A stretch of DNA of 64,000 bases from Nemertoderma westbladi (Eukaryota > Animalia > Xenacoelomorpha). The stretch spans positions 1-64,000 of the forward strand of contig JAUCBJ010007021.1 in NCBI GenBank assembly GCA_032718475.1, written 5' to 3'. The notes below the pieces were generated by a model that was not told the DNA's origin, searched no databases, and saw only the letters and a list, made by a program, of their open reading frames with translations. Positions 13,736-27,126 of this stretch are shown piece after piece; positions within the stretch are counted from its first letter, which is position 1, and the number at the start of each line of letters is the position of its first letter. A program made the translations under genes and the position numbers.

Positions 13736-15906
13736 TGTTATTGGTCCACTGGCACTGTGTATGGCTGAGAGGGGAGCTATGTTTTGGTCCACTGGCACTG
13801 TGTATGGCTGATCTGGGGAGCTATGTTATTGGTCCACTGGCACTGTGTATGGCTGATCTGTGGAGCTATGTTATTGGTCCACTGGCACTGTGTGTGGCTG
13901 ATCTGGGGAGCTATGTTATTGGTCCACTGGCACTGTGTAAGGCTGAGAGGGGAGCTATGTTATTGGTCCACTGGCACTGTGTATGGCTGATCTGGGGAGC
14001 TATGTTATTGGTCCACTGGCACTGTGTATGGCTGATCTGGGGAGCTATGTTATTGGTCCAGTGGCACTGTGTATGGCTGAGATCTGGGGAGCTATGGTAT
14101 TGGTCCACCGGCACTGTGTATGGCTGATCTGGGGAGCTATGTTATTGGTACAATGGCACTGTGTATGGCTGATCTGGGGAGCTAATTGTTATTGGTCCAC
14201 CGGCATTATGTATGGCTGATCTGGGGAGCTATGTTATTGGTACAATGGCACTGTGTATGGCTGATCTGTGGAGCTATGTTATTGGTCCACCGGCACTGTG
14301 TATGGTTGATCTGGGGAGCTATGTTATTGGTCCACTGGCGCTGTGTATGGCTGATCTGGGGAGCAATGTTATTGGTCCACCTGCGCTGTGTATGGCTGAT
14401 CTGGGGAGCTATGTTATTGGTCCACTGGCACTGTGTATGACTGATCTGGGGAGCTATGTTATTGGTCCACCGGTACTGTGTATGGCTGATCTGGGGAGCT
14501 ATGTTATTGGTACAATGGCACTGTGTATTGCTGATCTGGGGAGCTATGTTATTGGTCCACTGGAACTGTGTATGGCTGATTTGGGGAGCTATGTTATTGG
14601 TCCACCGGCACTGTGTATGGCTGATCTGGGGAGCTATGTTATTGGTCCACTGGAACTGTGTATGGCTGATTTGGGGAGCTATGTTATTGGTCCACCGGCA
14701 CTGTGTATTGCTGATCTGGGGAGCTATGTTATTGGTCCACTGGAACTGTGTATGGCTGATTTGGGGAGCTATGTTATTGGTCCACCGGCACTGTGTATGG
14801 CTGATCTGGAGAGCTATGTTATTGGTACAATGGCACTGTGTATGGCTGATCTGGGGAGCTATGTTATTGGTCCACCGGCACTGTGTATGGCTGATCTGGG
14901 GAGCTATGTTATTGGTCTACTGGCACTGTGTATGGCTGAGATCTGGGGAGCTATGTCATTGGTCCACTGCCACTGTGTATGGCTGATCTGGGGAGCTATG
15001 TTATTGGTCTACTGGCACTGTGTATGGCTGAGATCTGGGGAGCTATGTCATTGGTCCACTGGCACTGTGTATGGCTGATCTGGGGAGCTATGTTATTGGT
15101 CCACTGCCACTGTGTATGGCTGATCTGGGGAGATATGTTATTGGTCCACTGGCACTGTGTATGGCTAATCTGGGGAGCTACGTTATTGGTCCACTGGCAC
15201 TGTGTTGTGTATGGCTGATCTAGGGAGCTATGTTATTGGTCCACTGGCACTGTGTATGGCTGATCTGGGGAGCTATGTTATTGGTCCACTGGCACTGTGT
15301 ATGGCTGATCTACGGAGCTATGTTATTGGTCCACTGGCACTGTGTATGGCTGATCTGGGGAGCTATCTTATTGGTCCACTGGCACTGTGTATGGTTGATC
15401 TGGGGAGCTATGTTATTGGTCCACTGGCGCTGTGTATGGCTGATCTGGGGAGCTATGTTATTGGTCCACTGGCGCTGTGTATGGCTGATCTGGGGAGCAA
15501 TGTTATTGGTCCACCTGCACTGTGTATGGCTGATCTGGGGAGCTATGTTATTGTGGTACAATGGCACTGTGTATGGCTGAGATCTGGGGAGCTATGTTAT
15601 TGGTCCACTGGCACTGTGTATGGCTGATCTGGGGAGCTATGTTATTGGTCCACTGCCACTGTGTATGGCTGATCTGGGGAGCTATGTTATTGGTCCACTG
15701 GAATTGTGTATGGCTGATCTGGGGAGCTAATTGTTATTGGTCCACTGGCACTGTGTATGGCTGATCTGGGGAGCTATGTTATTGGTCCACTGCCACTGTG
15801 TATGACTGATCTGGGGAGCTATGTTATTGGTCCACTGGCACTGTGTATGGCTGATCTAGGGAGCTATGTTATTGGTCCACTGCCACTGTGTATGGCTGAT
15901 CTGGGG

Positions 15907-17870
15907 ATTGATTGATTGATTGTTTATTGTCTACACTTCTCTATACAGTTCAATACTTGCACAATAATTAACAGTATACATGATTGAAGCGGTAGTGCCG
16001 ACCATAATATAAAGAGATTTACCAGAAAAAATTAAATATTTAAATTCCGAACAGAAATAGCACAATAAAAGTACCTACTTACGAGTACATCTCTAATTAA
16101 CTGTCAAGTCGTGCGATGCTGGGTCTAATATAATTAAATGAATAAATATGTTATATCTAAATAATTGTCAAGCCGTGTGATACTGGGTCTAGTGTATTGT
16201 AATAAAAAGTTATAGTTAAAATAAATAAATAATATTATGTAAATAAATAAAGAACAGTGCTTCTTTCACAATTTATCATGTTCCACTTAATTAAATAATT
16301 ATGGTCAGTAGGTTCATAAAATATATAAATGAAAATTACATTATACTAAATACTCGAATCGCGCTCCATCCAATAAATAATTCGCTATTTGTTACTTAGT
16401 CACTTATTAATAATCGTGGGTCATACTTTCGATCATTTTAGCTACCTCCACTTGATTACCTAAACCAAATAAACTTGTTAAATCAGACCAGCTTCCATTG
16501 ACATGTCACCTGGATCGCTCAGTAAATGGGCAAACGGTAACAATATGTTGTTCCGTCTGGATAGCTCCACATACACAGAAGCGCTCAGTATCTCGTACCC
16601 TGGCCCACCTCATTCGTTCTACGGGGAAGCTGTGGCTACCCAGCCTAAATCTCGACCACGCTAGACGGTACCGCTCCGGAACTTTGCAGTCTTTGTACAA
16701 TTGCGGCGAAGTTAACAACGGATTCACTAACTTATACAGATGACGTTTTGTTGTTACAGACTTAAACACGTCATTTTTCAGCTTATCGTTCTGGATTTTA
16801 CTGTAATCCGACGGGAGGTTCTTTACTCGATCCACCTCGATAAACATGGGTGAGCTGTTATCCCGGCCGATTTCCAAGGCCATCTGCAATGGAGAGTCGG
16901 CGACTGGAATAAAACTATTCAGATATTTCCGCTGTTTATCACGGATTAAGGTTTCGAACTCTGGGAGTCCCAATTCGATAAGGCAGATGTCGCCGCACGT
17001 GGTAGGTCGAACACCCAATAGTAGCCTTACCATAGACATATACAATTTAGACATAGGGGCCAATGAACCCCCGTACCAGGTTTCACAACCGTAAGTTATA
17101 GCAGAGATCACTGCGGCGTCAAAAACTTTCCTTTTCACAACGAAAGGTAAGTCTGGGTTCTTATTTAGAAATGTCGAAAATTTTAATAGGTGACACTGCT
17201 TTTCAGAGGCGTTGAGGGAAATTACTGTAGATATTAAACCATCTGAAGTTATTGGTGAGCCCAGGTAAATGTACGAATCTGTATTTACTATTTCTTTTTC
17301 GCCGATATCAAAGGAGTTTTTATCGCTTTCTGCTCCATTTATCACTAGGAATTTGGTTTTTTTAATATTAATTACCATGCCAGATAGGGAACAAAAATTA
17401 CGTAGAACTTTTAACTTATCCAATATAGAAAGTCTGCTTGTTCCAAGAATTGCCGTATCATCCATTAGGAGTACGCTATGTAAAGATTTCAGCCAATCAT
17501 CAAAAGGCAGACGTTTCAAAGTGCGTACGAAGAAGTCTATAACTATTACAAATAGGTAGCAGCTTCCTGGAGATCCTTGGCGAACGCCTCTATTACAAAT
17601 AACGTGGAGCTTGTTAATGTTGGCGACTGTTATTTTGTACATGGCCTGTAATGCATTAAGCATTTTACATCCACATCCGAGGTTCTTTAACGTATCAAAC
17701 ATAAAACACCTTTTAACATTGTCATACGCTTTTTCATAGTCTACAAATATTATGTACAAAATCTTTTTGTACTTCCTGGCATAATCGCACAGTAATCTAA
17801 TCGCAAGGATCTGCTCTAAGCAACCGCGGCCCTTACTCGCTCCCGCTTGTTCTGGTAGGGGCTTGTACCA
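15907..17870 (-). mobile_element. 5'-truncated non-LTR retrotransposon (CR1/L2-group-like), copy 1
   Basis: RT motifs FVDYEKAYD, GVRQGSPGS, LMDD and YIYLGS; C-terminal RFRLGSH..CVC..HIVTVC. On the minus strand AATAAA is followed by a (CAAT)n tail ending at 15907. Inserted between gggg and agct of a satellite unit. Confidence 0.88.
16506..17759 (-). pseudogene. Partial reverse transcriptase ORF, copy 1
   Basis: The RT domain is 5'-truncated with no endonuclease. The frame stays open ~30 codons past the TGA at 16506, so that stop may be premature. Confidence 0.8.
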
Positions 17871-18504
17871 AGCTATGTTATTGGCCCACTGGCACTGTGT
17901 ATTGTTGATCTGGGGAGCTATGTTATTGGTCCACTGGCGCTGTGTATGGCTGATCTGGGGAGCTATGATATTGGTCCACTGCCACTGTGTATGGCTGATC
18001 TGGGGAGCTATGTTATTGGCCCACTGGCACTGTGTATGGCTGATCTGGGGAGCTACGCTATTGGTCCACAGGCACTGTGTATGGCTGATCTGGGGAGCTA
18101 TGTTATTGGTCCACTGGAACTGTGTATGGCTGAGTTCTGGGGACCTATGTTATTGGTCCACTGGCGCTGTGTATGGCTGATCTGGGGAGCTACGCTATTG
18201 GTCCACAGGCACTGTGTATGGCTGATCTGGGGAGCTATGTTATTGGTCCACTGGAACTGTGTATGGCTGAGTTCTGGGGAGCTATGTTATTGGTCCACTG
18301 GCACTGTGTATGGCTGATCTGGGGAGCTACGCTATTGGTCCACAGGCACTGTGTATGGCTGATCTGGGGAGCTATGTTATTGGTCCACTGCCACTGTGTA
18401 TGACTGATCTGGGGAGCTATGTTATTGGTCCACTGGCACTGTGTATGGCTGATCTAGGGAGCTATGTTATTGGTCCACTGCCACTGTGTATGGCTGATCT
18501 GGGG

Positions 18505-20468
18505 ATTGATTGATTGATTGTTTATTGTCTACACTTCTCTATACAGTTCAATACTTGCACAATAATTAACAGTATACATGATTGAAGCGGTAGTGCCGAC
18601 CATAATATAAAGAGATTTACCAGAAAAAATTAAATATTTAAATTCCGAACAGAAATAGCACAATAAAAGTACCTACTTACGAGTACATCTCTAATTAACT
18701 GTCAAGTCGTGCGATGCTGGGTCTAATATAATTAAATGAATAAATATGTTATATCTAAATAATTGTCAAGCCGTGTGATACTGGGTCTAGTGTATTGTAA
18801 TAAAAAGTTATAGTTAAAATAAATAAATAATATTATGTAAATAAATAAAGAACAGTGCTTCTTTCACAATTTATCATGTTCCACTTAATTAAATAATTAT
18901 GGTCAGTAGGTTCATAAAATATATAAATGAAAATTACATTATACTAAATACTCGAATCGCGCTCCATCCAATAAATAATTCGCTATTTGTTACTTAGTCA
19001 CTTATTAATAATCGTGGGTCATACTTTCGATCATTTTAGCTACCTCCACTTGATTACCTAAACCAAATAAACTTGTTAAATCAGACCAGCTTCCATTGAC
19101 ATGTCACCTGGATCGCTCAGTAAATGGGCAAACGGTAACAATATGTTGTTCCGTCTGGATAGCTCCACATACACAGAAGCGCTCAGTATCTCGTACCCTG
19201 GCCCACCTCATTCGTTCTACGGGGAAGCTGTGGCTACCCAGCCTAAATCTCGACCACGCTAGACGGTACCGCTCCGGAACTTTGCAGTCTTTGTACAATT
19301 GCGGCGAAGTTAACAACGGATTCACTAACTTATACAGATGACGTTTTGTTGTTACAGACTTAAACACGTCATTTTTCAGCTTATCGTTCTGGATTTTACT
19401 GTAATCCGACGGGAGGTTCTTTACTCGATCCACCTCGATAAACATGGGTGAGCTGTTATCCCGGCCGATTTCCAAGGCCATCTGCAATGGAGAGTCGGCG
19501 ACTGGAATAAAACTATTCAGATATTTCCGCTGTTTATCACGGATTAAGGTTTCGAACTCTGGGAGTCCCAATTCGATAAGGCAGATGTCGCCGCACGTGG
19601 TAGGTCGAACACCCAATAGTAGCCTTACCATAGACATATACAATTTAGACATAGGGGCCAATGAACCCCCGTACCAGGTTTCACAACCGTAAGTTATAGC
19701 AGAGATCACTGCGGCGTCAAAAACTTTCCTTTTCACAACGAAAGGTAAGTCTGGGTTCTTATTTAGAAATGTCGAAAATTTTAATAGGTGACACTGCTTT
19801 TCAGAGGCGTTGAGGGAAATTACTGTAGATATTAAACCATCTGAAGTTATTGGTGAGCCCAGGTAAATGTACGAATCTGTATTTACTATTTCTTTTTCGC
19901 CGATATCAAAGGAGTTTTTATCGCTTTCTGCTCCATTTATCACTAGGAATTTGGTTTTTTTAATATTAATTACCATGCCAGATAGGGAACAAAAATTACG
20001 TAGAACTTTTAACTTATCCAATATAGAAAGTCTGCTTGTTCCAAGAATTGCCGTATCATCCATTAGGAGTACGCTATGTAAAGATTTCAGCCAATCATCA
20101 AAAGGCAGACGTTTCAAAGTGCGTACGAAGAAGTCTATAACTATTACAAATAGGTAGCAGCTTCCTGGAGATCCTTGGCGAACGCCTCTATTACAAATAA
20201 CGTGGAGCTTGTTAATGTTGGCGACTGTTATTTTGTACATGGCCTGTAATGCATTAAGCATTTTACATCCACATCCGAGGTTCTTTAACGTATCAAACAT
20301 AAAACACCTTTTAACATTGTCATACGCTTTTTCATAGTCTACAAATATTATGTACAAAATCTTTTTGTACTTCCTGGCATAATCGCACAGTAATCTAATC
20401 GCAAGGATCTGCTCTAAGCAACCGCGGCCCTTACTCGCTCCCGCTTGTTCTGGTAGGGGCTTGTACCA
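18505..20468 (-). mobile_element. Second copy of the same LINE (offset 2598 bp)
   Basis: Identical 417-aa ORF (19104-20357), same truncation point and same flanking satellite variants. Confidence 0.88.
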
Positions 20469-21827
20469 AGCTATGTTATTGGCCCACTGGCACTGTGTAT
20501 TGTTGATCTGGGGAGCTATGTTATTGGTCCACTGGCGCTGTGTATGGCTGATCTGGGGAGCTATGATATTGGTCCACTGCCACTGTGTATGGCTGATCTG
20601 GGGAGCTATGTTATTGGCCCACTGGCACTGTGTATGGCTGATCTGGGGAGCTACGCTATTGGTCCACAGGCACTGTGTATGGCTGATCTGGGGAGCTATG
20701 TTATTGGTCCACTGGAACTGTGTATGGCTGAGTTCTGGGGACCTATGTTATTGGTCCACTGGCGCTGTGTATGGCTGATCTGGGGAGCTACGCTATTGGT
20801 CCACAGGCACTGTGAATGGCTGATCTGGGGAGCTATGTTATTGGTCCACTGGAACTGTGTATGGCTGAGTTCTGGGGAGCTATGTTATTGGTCCACTGGC
20901 ACTGTGTATGGCTGATCTGGGGAGCTACGCTATTGGTCCACAGGCACTGTGTATGGCTGATCTGGGGAGCTATGTTATTGGTCCACAGGCACTGTGTATG
21001 GCTGATCTGGGGAGCTATGTTATTGGTCCACTGGCACTGTGTATGGCTGATCTGGGGAGCTATGTTATTGGTCCACTGGCACTGTGTATGGCTGATCTGG
21101 GGAGCTATGTTATTGGTCCACTGGCACTGTGTATGGCTGATCTGGGGAGCTATGTTATTGGTCCACTGGAACTGTGTATGGCTGAGTTCTGGGGAGCTAT
21201 GTTATTGGTCCACTGGCGCTGTGTATGGCTGATCTGGGGAGCTAATGGATAACTTATCTACAAAGAATAGTTGTTTTGATAGCGATATTTATCTTACTTC
21301 AATGAACGTATGAGACACTATGAGTGTTTTTTGATGAAAGAGCTGTCAGAAGTAAACTTAGATCCCCCACAAATGATGGGCATACGAAAAAGTCATGATT
21401 AATATTTTCGGTATCGCATCGGCCCAACATAGTAACTATTTACTGTAGTGTACGGGACACTATACTGTCCCAATAAACAAGAACAAAGCCATAGTACGAT
21501 TTAATTGATTACTTAATTAATTAATAAATTCTGGGAAGAGTTTCTTGGTGACTCACATACATTATGGGGGAATGGCGATACATCTAATAATTAAATATAA
21601 AATTTGTTTTCCAGAGCTTTGCAATAATATATAAGGGTAAATAAATACATTGTTATTGTTACCACCACCCTGTCAAACATATTAGTTTTATTTTATTGAT
21701 TTTGATTATTCCACCCAATTTCTATCAGTTTAGGCCAACTCTTTATCGGAGTATATATATATGGAAAATAAGTTCAATACACCGTCACCAATCGTGGTCG
21801 TTTATGGGGGAGGGTCGTTGTTTATAT

Positions 21828-21994
21828 CTATCGTAAATTGAGACCGAGTACAGGGAGAGGGAGGAAGTTGGGAGGAGGGAGTACAATCTGGGAGGGGTCG
21901 CCGAATATAGAGGAGGGGAGGGGAGGGAGAGGTGGAAGGGTGGGTTTACCAATAATCAGGTCACCAGAACTTTCCTCTTCCTTGTTGCTTTGAT
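21828..21994 (-). CDS. Mucin/vWF-like gene, last coding exon (Pro-rich tail)
   Basis: Acceptor tttcag, phase 1. Reads DQSNKEEESSGDLIIGKPTLPPLPPLPSSIFGDPSQIVLPPPNFLPLPVLGLNLR followed by TAG. Confidence 0.65.
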
Positions 21995-22219
21995 CTGAAA
22001 TAGGAAATTATTCGTTTAATAATTGGAAAATCACATTCGCAATAGGGTCGGGTACTTAAACTTATTTTACACAAAGAAAAATTGTGTTATACAATTCATG
22101 AATAAACGAGATCACTAAAACAAATGGATATAATTGGGTGTTTAAGAATTAATTATTCATCTCGAAAAATCAACATGGGAAAGTTAAAATGAAAAATGAA
22201 GACTATTATTGGTACTTAC

Positions 22220-22402
22220 CAACTTCGCCCTCGCAGGTGGCACATCCGCAGGTTCCACGTTCTATTTGCGGCACATTGAATACGCGGTCTCTGCCGTCAC
22301 TGCACGCGAACGTGTGGGGTACCTCGGTGGCCACACCGGTACAACAGGCGCACTTCGTCGTGAACGTAAACGGGGCCAAAAACGATGTCTCGATGGTCAA
22401 AC
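22220..22402 (-). CDS. Mucin/vWF-like gene exon: second half of the C-terminal cystine knot
   Basis: TAG acceptor and GTAAGT donor, phase 1-1. Reads GLTIETSFLAPFTFTTKCACCTG..FACSDG..TCGCATCEGEV. Confidence 0.85.
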
Positions 22403-23449
22403 CTAATAAGTTAAATATGTAATTATTGTAATGGGATGAGGATGCGCTTGGTTGAGGGTTTCCTATTGAATGCAAACCTCATCTCGGCAAATCAATATTT
22501 CGTCTCGGAGAATCAATAATTTCCTGCTGGAAGACCCTCTATCAATCCACAATAGAATCCAATCCTTTACCTCATCCTGTCTACTTACTGAGTTAAATAA
22601 AAGTTCCTTTTTTTAATAAAAAATATTTATAGTCATTGTCCAAAATATTACCACCCTAGGCCCTATCTACTATATTATTGGCCGAAACTACACTGAAAAA
22701 TCGTACCAGTGGTTCTTTTTTAAAAAACCTCTGGTTTTCGAAAATAACCCCAGGTTAATTTGGTGAATTTTTGACCTGCGGTTAATTCGAGGAACCAGAG
22801 GTTTATCGATTCAAAGATAACCTGTGGTTAAATTTTATAAATTAAACCTCAGGTTGTTTTTCGTATAACAACCAGTGGTTGTGCTTAAGTTCAATGGTGT
22901 TTCAGGTTTCAAATAAATGATTTAACCTGTGGTTAATTTAAGGTAAACAGGTGTTTAGGTTTCAAAATAAATGGATAAACCTGCGTTTAATGTGGATCAA
23001 CCGTTGTTTCAGGTTTCAAATATATGGTTTAACCTGTGGTTAATTTAAGATCAACCGGTGTTTCGGGTTTCAAATATATGGTTTAACCTGTGGTTAATTT
23101 AAGATCAACCGGTGTTTTTTTTCAAAATAAATGGTTAAACCTGCGTTTAATGTGGATCAACCGTTGTTTCAGGTTTCAAATATATGGTTTAACCTGTGGT
23201 TAATTTAAGATCAACCGGTGTTTCAGGTTTCAAATACATGGTTTAACCTGTGGTTAATTTAAGATCAACCGGTGTTTCAGGTTTCAAATGAGGATCAAGT
23301 CGGTGTTTTAGATTTCAAATAAATGGTTTGTTGAATATCAAATATAATATCAAATATCAAATATGTTTATCAAATATAAATGATAATCAAATTATTGAAT
23401 AAATGAATTTACAGTTTCCTAAATCCTAAATGATAATGTATTGAACCAT

Positions 23450-24193
23450 TCACTCTTCCTGATATGGACAATCATTTTTCCTAACAGACATTGCGGTATA
23501 TTCTTCATCAATGTCATCAAGTCCCTTTAGAAATTTGACTGTAGACGAAGAAGCCTTCCTTTTCCCATGCTGCTCGCGATTTTCAAAATATGGAACAATG
23601 TATTCCGCAGTGTCTTTAATCCACGAGAAATTGTTAGAACCAAAGAAGTAAATCCACTTGAAGTTGTCCCCTGGATGCTTGGGCATTGCGGAACCCTCTG
23701 GAGCTCTTTCAGTTCGGGCAGGCCAGAATGGTTTTGTTATACGTTGCCGCGCCCAAACCAACTCACCAACATAGTCACCCTCATCTCGACTATCAGATGG
23801 ACCACTGCAGGTACTAGACGATTTAGATCCATAAGATAATTCCGAGGATTCATCATCAGAAGAAGAATCAAAAATGCTTACTTTCCTCTTTGCACCTCGT
23901 GGATGTGGGACTATCTCCAATCCCTCAGCTATATTATCATCATCCGATAAGCAGAGCAAAGGAGGACGATTTATGACTTCCCGTTTGGTCACTTTTGCAT
24001 CTGGCTCCTTGAGATTAACTTTAGCTATATCCAATGGCGATATGTCTGAAACCTGATCTAAACTTTTACTAGGCAACTGTACCTCAGTACCGGCTTTATC
24101 GTTAGCAGCTGTTGATGGTGTTGAGGACAACTTTCGTTTATTGGCCTTCCTACTCCTAAAGTTGTGTCGGGTCTCGGCATACTGGTAGGTCAC
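23450..24193 (-). CDS. PWWP-domain ORF inside the CACTA-like element
   Basis: GELVWARQRITKPFWPAR...WIYFFGSNNFSWI fits the PWWP pattern; it is preceded by a Ser/acidic region and KRK motifs. No ATG at the ORF start, so it may be an internal exon or a fragment. Confidence 0.75.
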   Translation of the reverse strand: MTYQYAETRHNFRSRKANKRKLSSTPSTAANDKAGTEVQLPSKSLDQVSDISPLDIAKVNLKEPDAKVTKREVINRPPLLCLSDDDNIAEGLEIVPHPRGAKRKVSIFDSSSDDESSELSYGSKSSSTCSGPSDSRDEGDYVGELVWARQRITKPFWPARTERAPEGSAMPKHPGDNFKWIYFFGSNNFSWIKDTAEYIVPYFENREQHGKRKASSSTVKFLKGLDDIDEEYTAMSVRKNDCPYQEE

Positions 24194-24841
24194 CGGTCAG
24201 CCGGTAGGTACTGGTGTAGCAGAGAATTTCCACCCCTGAACCCCCTAAAAATTCACCACCCGGTTACGCCTACTGGCCTATCAGCCTATGTGACAGTTTT
24301 AATTAGGGTTAAGGCCTGGCCAACTACTGAACTACAGAACTAACCAACCGCATAGCTGCATTCCTGCATAGGCCTAACCAAACCAAAATAATAAACCAAA
24401 TAAAGAAATATAATATACCGTACTCAGGTACCGTACTCATAATACAGTAATATACACACAGACTGACAGATATAGCTACAATCCAAGAAATACAGAAATA
24501 GTACCGGTACAACTACAAAACAAAAATAGTACCGGTACACTACCCTACACAGCCCTACTACAGCAGTACTGTACTACTGTTCTGTACTACCGGCAACCGG
24601 TACCACTACTGTACCAGTGGCAGTGATACACTGCATCACTGTAATCAAATTTCAGGATTGTACCGGTACCGATTCTGCGATTGCAGGACAGCGCAGGATG
24701 GCAATGGCACTTTCACAAAAAATGACTGAATTATGATAGGCCTATGACAGTATGAACAAATTGCAAAATTAGCGGTCAACTTATGGTGGTTTATTCAAAC
24801 ATCCCTAAGACATACATTGTAATTTATAACACATTTTTGTT

Positions 24842-26272
24842 CTACTACTAGGATCGGCATGCTGCATTGCAGCTGCATTTTTAGGAATGCTGTGCCGGCT
24901 TGTCAACAAAATTGCACCGCCACAACTCCCTATCACCCATGACATTTGCTAGATCATCCGCATCTTTAAGGCCAGTGTCCTTTAAGATGCGTCTCAAGAA
25001 AGTCATGGTCTGTCCACCATGCTTATTCACTCCATGAGGCTGCCCAAGTACAAGATTATGCACTGGCTGGTCCTCACGGCGAAAGCAATGTCCTGCAAAG
25101 CGGAGGCGATTTTGTTCTAGTGTCAAGCTTGGGGGAACCAATGAGACACCTCCAATGTTATATAGTGTCTGGTTGGAGATGTGTGCATTGTACTTGACAC
25201 AATGAACCCGGCGTAGCATTCTTGTGAATGTGCCATCCAGAGATTTGGTGTCCTCAGCAGTTAGAGCCCAGCATGGACTCCCGTAGAGGAGTACTGGAAC
25301 TACTGCTGCTCTAAATAATCGGACCTTAAGTTTCCGATTAATTCTAGGTGACTTCCAAATCCTGGAAAGCCTATTCAAGGCTGCCCATGCCTTTCCCTTA
25401 CGTATTCGAAGGTCCTCACCTGACTTCCGGATCCATGATCCCAGGTAACAGAAGTCGTCCACATGCTCAAGCATACCATCCTTTGAGCTTATGCTCATCC
25501 GATCAGAGACTTGCTGAGGACTTTCAAAGTTAACTGTCAGAATTTTGGTCTTTCTGGAGTTAATAAAAAAGACCAACACTAGAAGCAGCATGCTCTAATG
25601 AGCTGAGGAGCCGTTGGGCTCCCTCTAATGATTCTGAGAGTACTCCTACAGTAAGTCATCAGCAAAGTCTAGATCAGTTAGGTACTTGGCAGGATTTCCT
25701 CGACTTCTGGAGCCAGTAGGTGGAGTTATCATCACCCCATCATCATTATGATGATCTAAGGACATGCGTAGAACATAGTCAACCACAATAATGAACAAGA
25801 ATGGTGCAAGTGTGTCTCCTTGGAGGACGCCCCATAACACTTCAAATGGTTCTGTGTCACCGTCAACAGTAGACACAAATGTTGTCGAACCATCGTATAC
25901 TGATCTGATTGCTGCAATAATTTCATCAGGAATCCCATATAATGAAAGTATGCTGAACATACGTGACCGAGAGAGTGAATCAAAGGCCTTGAAGAAGTCA
26001 ACAAAGATAACAGCCAGATGCCTGTCTTTCTTTTTTGATAATTCTTCAATTATCCTTCTAAGTGCCAAAATGGGCTCCATGGTCCCACGACCTTTACGGA
26101 ACCCATTCTGATTTCCACGGAGCAGTCTCTCAATGGGATCCCTGATGCGATTTAATAGAATCCTATTGTATAGCTTTGCAGCAATCGAGATCAATGAGAT
26201 TCCCCGAAAAAAAAAACCATAGAGTGTTAGGTTGCCCTTCTTGGGAACTGGCACCAACTTATTTGTTTTCAT
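24842..26272 (-). mobile_element. 5'-truncated RTE-type LINE nested in the CACTA-like element
   Basis: RT motifs QNGFRKGR, FVDFFKAFD, GVLQGDTLAPFLF, DFADD and YLGS. Stop and frameshift near 25590-25650; short (TAG)n tail. Confidence 0.88.
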
Positions 26273-26997
26273 TTCTTGTTTTCATTTCTCATTTTTGTTC
26301 AACATGATATAGTAGCATTCAACAAATATAAGGGAATGCTTGATTTATGTTATAAATAATGTAAAACATGTAAATCATGTTAAACAATTGTTAAATATTT
26401 ACCTGATAAAACTTGTTACATAAAAACGTACTTAACAAACGTCTTAAGATTGTTTACATGATTGGATATTATGTTATTGATCACTACCGTTTACTGTGTT
26501 GTAAACAAACTGTGATTTGAATTTTTGTAAACCACCGGTTACTGTGTTTTAAATCAACGGTTATATGTATTTTTCAACCAATCGATTAATGTAAGTTTTA
26601 AACCACCGGTTACTTTGTATCAAATAATATGAACCGCCGTTTATTCCTAAGTCAAACACTGTTTCTGTTTTATGATAGCAATTACAATCCGGAAAACCAC
26701 CGTTTCAATGTAACACTGCAGTTTGAAACCACCGTTTCAATGTAACACTGCAGTTTGGGAAAATTTAAACCACCGTTTCAATGTAACACTGCACTTTGGG
26801 AAAATTTAAACCACCGTTTTAGCATATGCCAATTTGTAACCAGCGGTTTTAAAAGAGCAACCATCGGTTGAAAATTTTATACCAGAGGTTAAAAAAAGAG
26901 CCGCCGAACAATTTTTTCAGTGTACCTATGACCGCTATGAGGTTGGAGGTAGTATAATCTGTAGGCCTACCGATACACATGGTGGTTCAGTATTTAC

Positions 26998-27126
26998 CTT
27001 GCGAGGAACCACAAGATCCGGAGCATGTGTTAACAACAATGGGAGATTGGTTCTCACAGAAAGTTCCTGTTACATCTTGGATTGTTATCGTTCCTAAATC
27101 AGTGTCTTTGTCGTTGCATTTCAGAT
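26998..27126 (-). CDS. Mucin/vWF-like gene exon: first half of the cystine knot
   Basis: TAG acceptor and G|GTAAAT donor, phase 1-1. Reads NLKCNDKDTDLGTITIQDVTGTFCENQSPIVVNTCSGSCGSSQ (CxGxC motif). Confidence 0.85.

Larger units (their letters stand above)
13736..21243 (+). repeat. 45-bp minisatellite (ctgtgtatggctgatctggggagctatgttattggtccactggca), interrupted by two LINE copies
   Basis: Period read directly; arrays at 13736-15906, 17871-18504 and 20469-21243. Confidence 0.93.
22691..26922. mobile_element. Non-autonomous EnSpm/CACTA (CMC)-like DNA transposon
   Basis: Imperfect TIRs CACTGAAAAA..TCTTTTTT..AACCTCTGGT at both ends, with TA on each side (2-bp TSD). Subterminal repeat arrays at ~22740-23310 and ~26490-26890. 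No transposase seen. Confidence 0.75.

Noticed and set aside
12965-21243. Possible CRISPR-like array
   Set aside because: The units are contiguous with no unique spacers, there are no cas genes, and the context is eukaryotic.
13687-21252. Many MADLGSYVIGPLALC / WHCVWLIWGAMLLV repeat ORFs
   Set aside because: These are translations of a 45-bp satellite with frequent indels and no gene structure.
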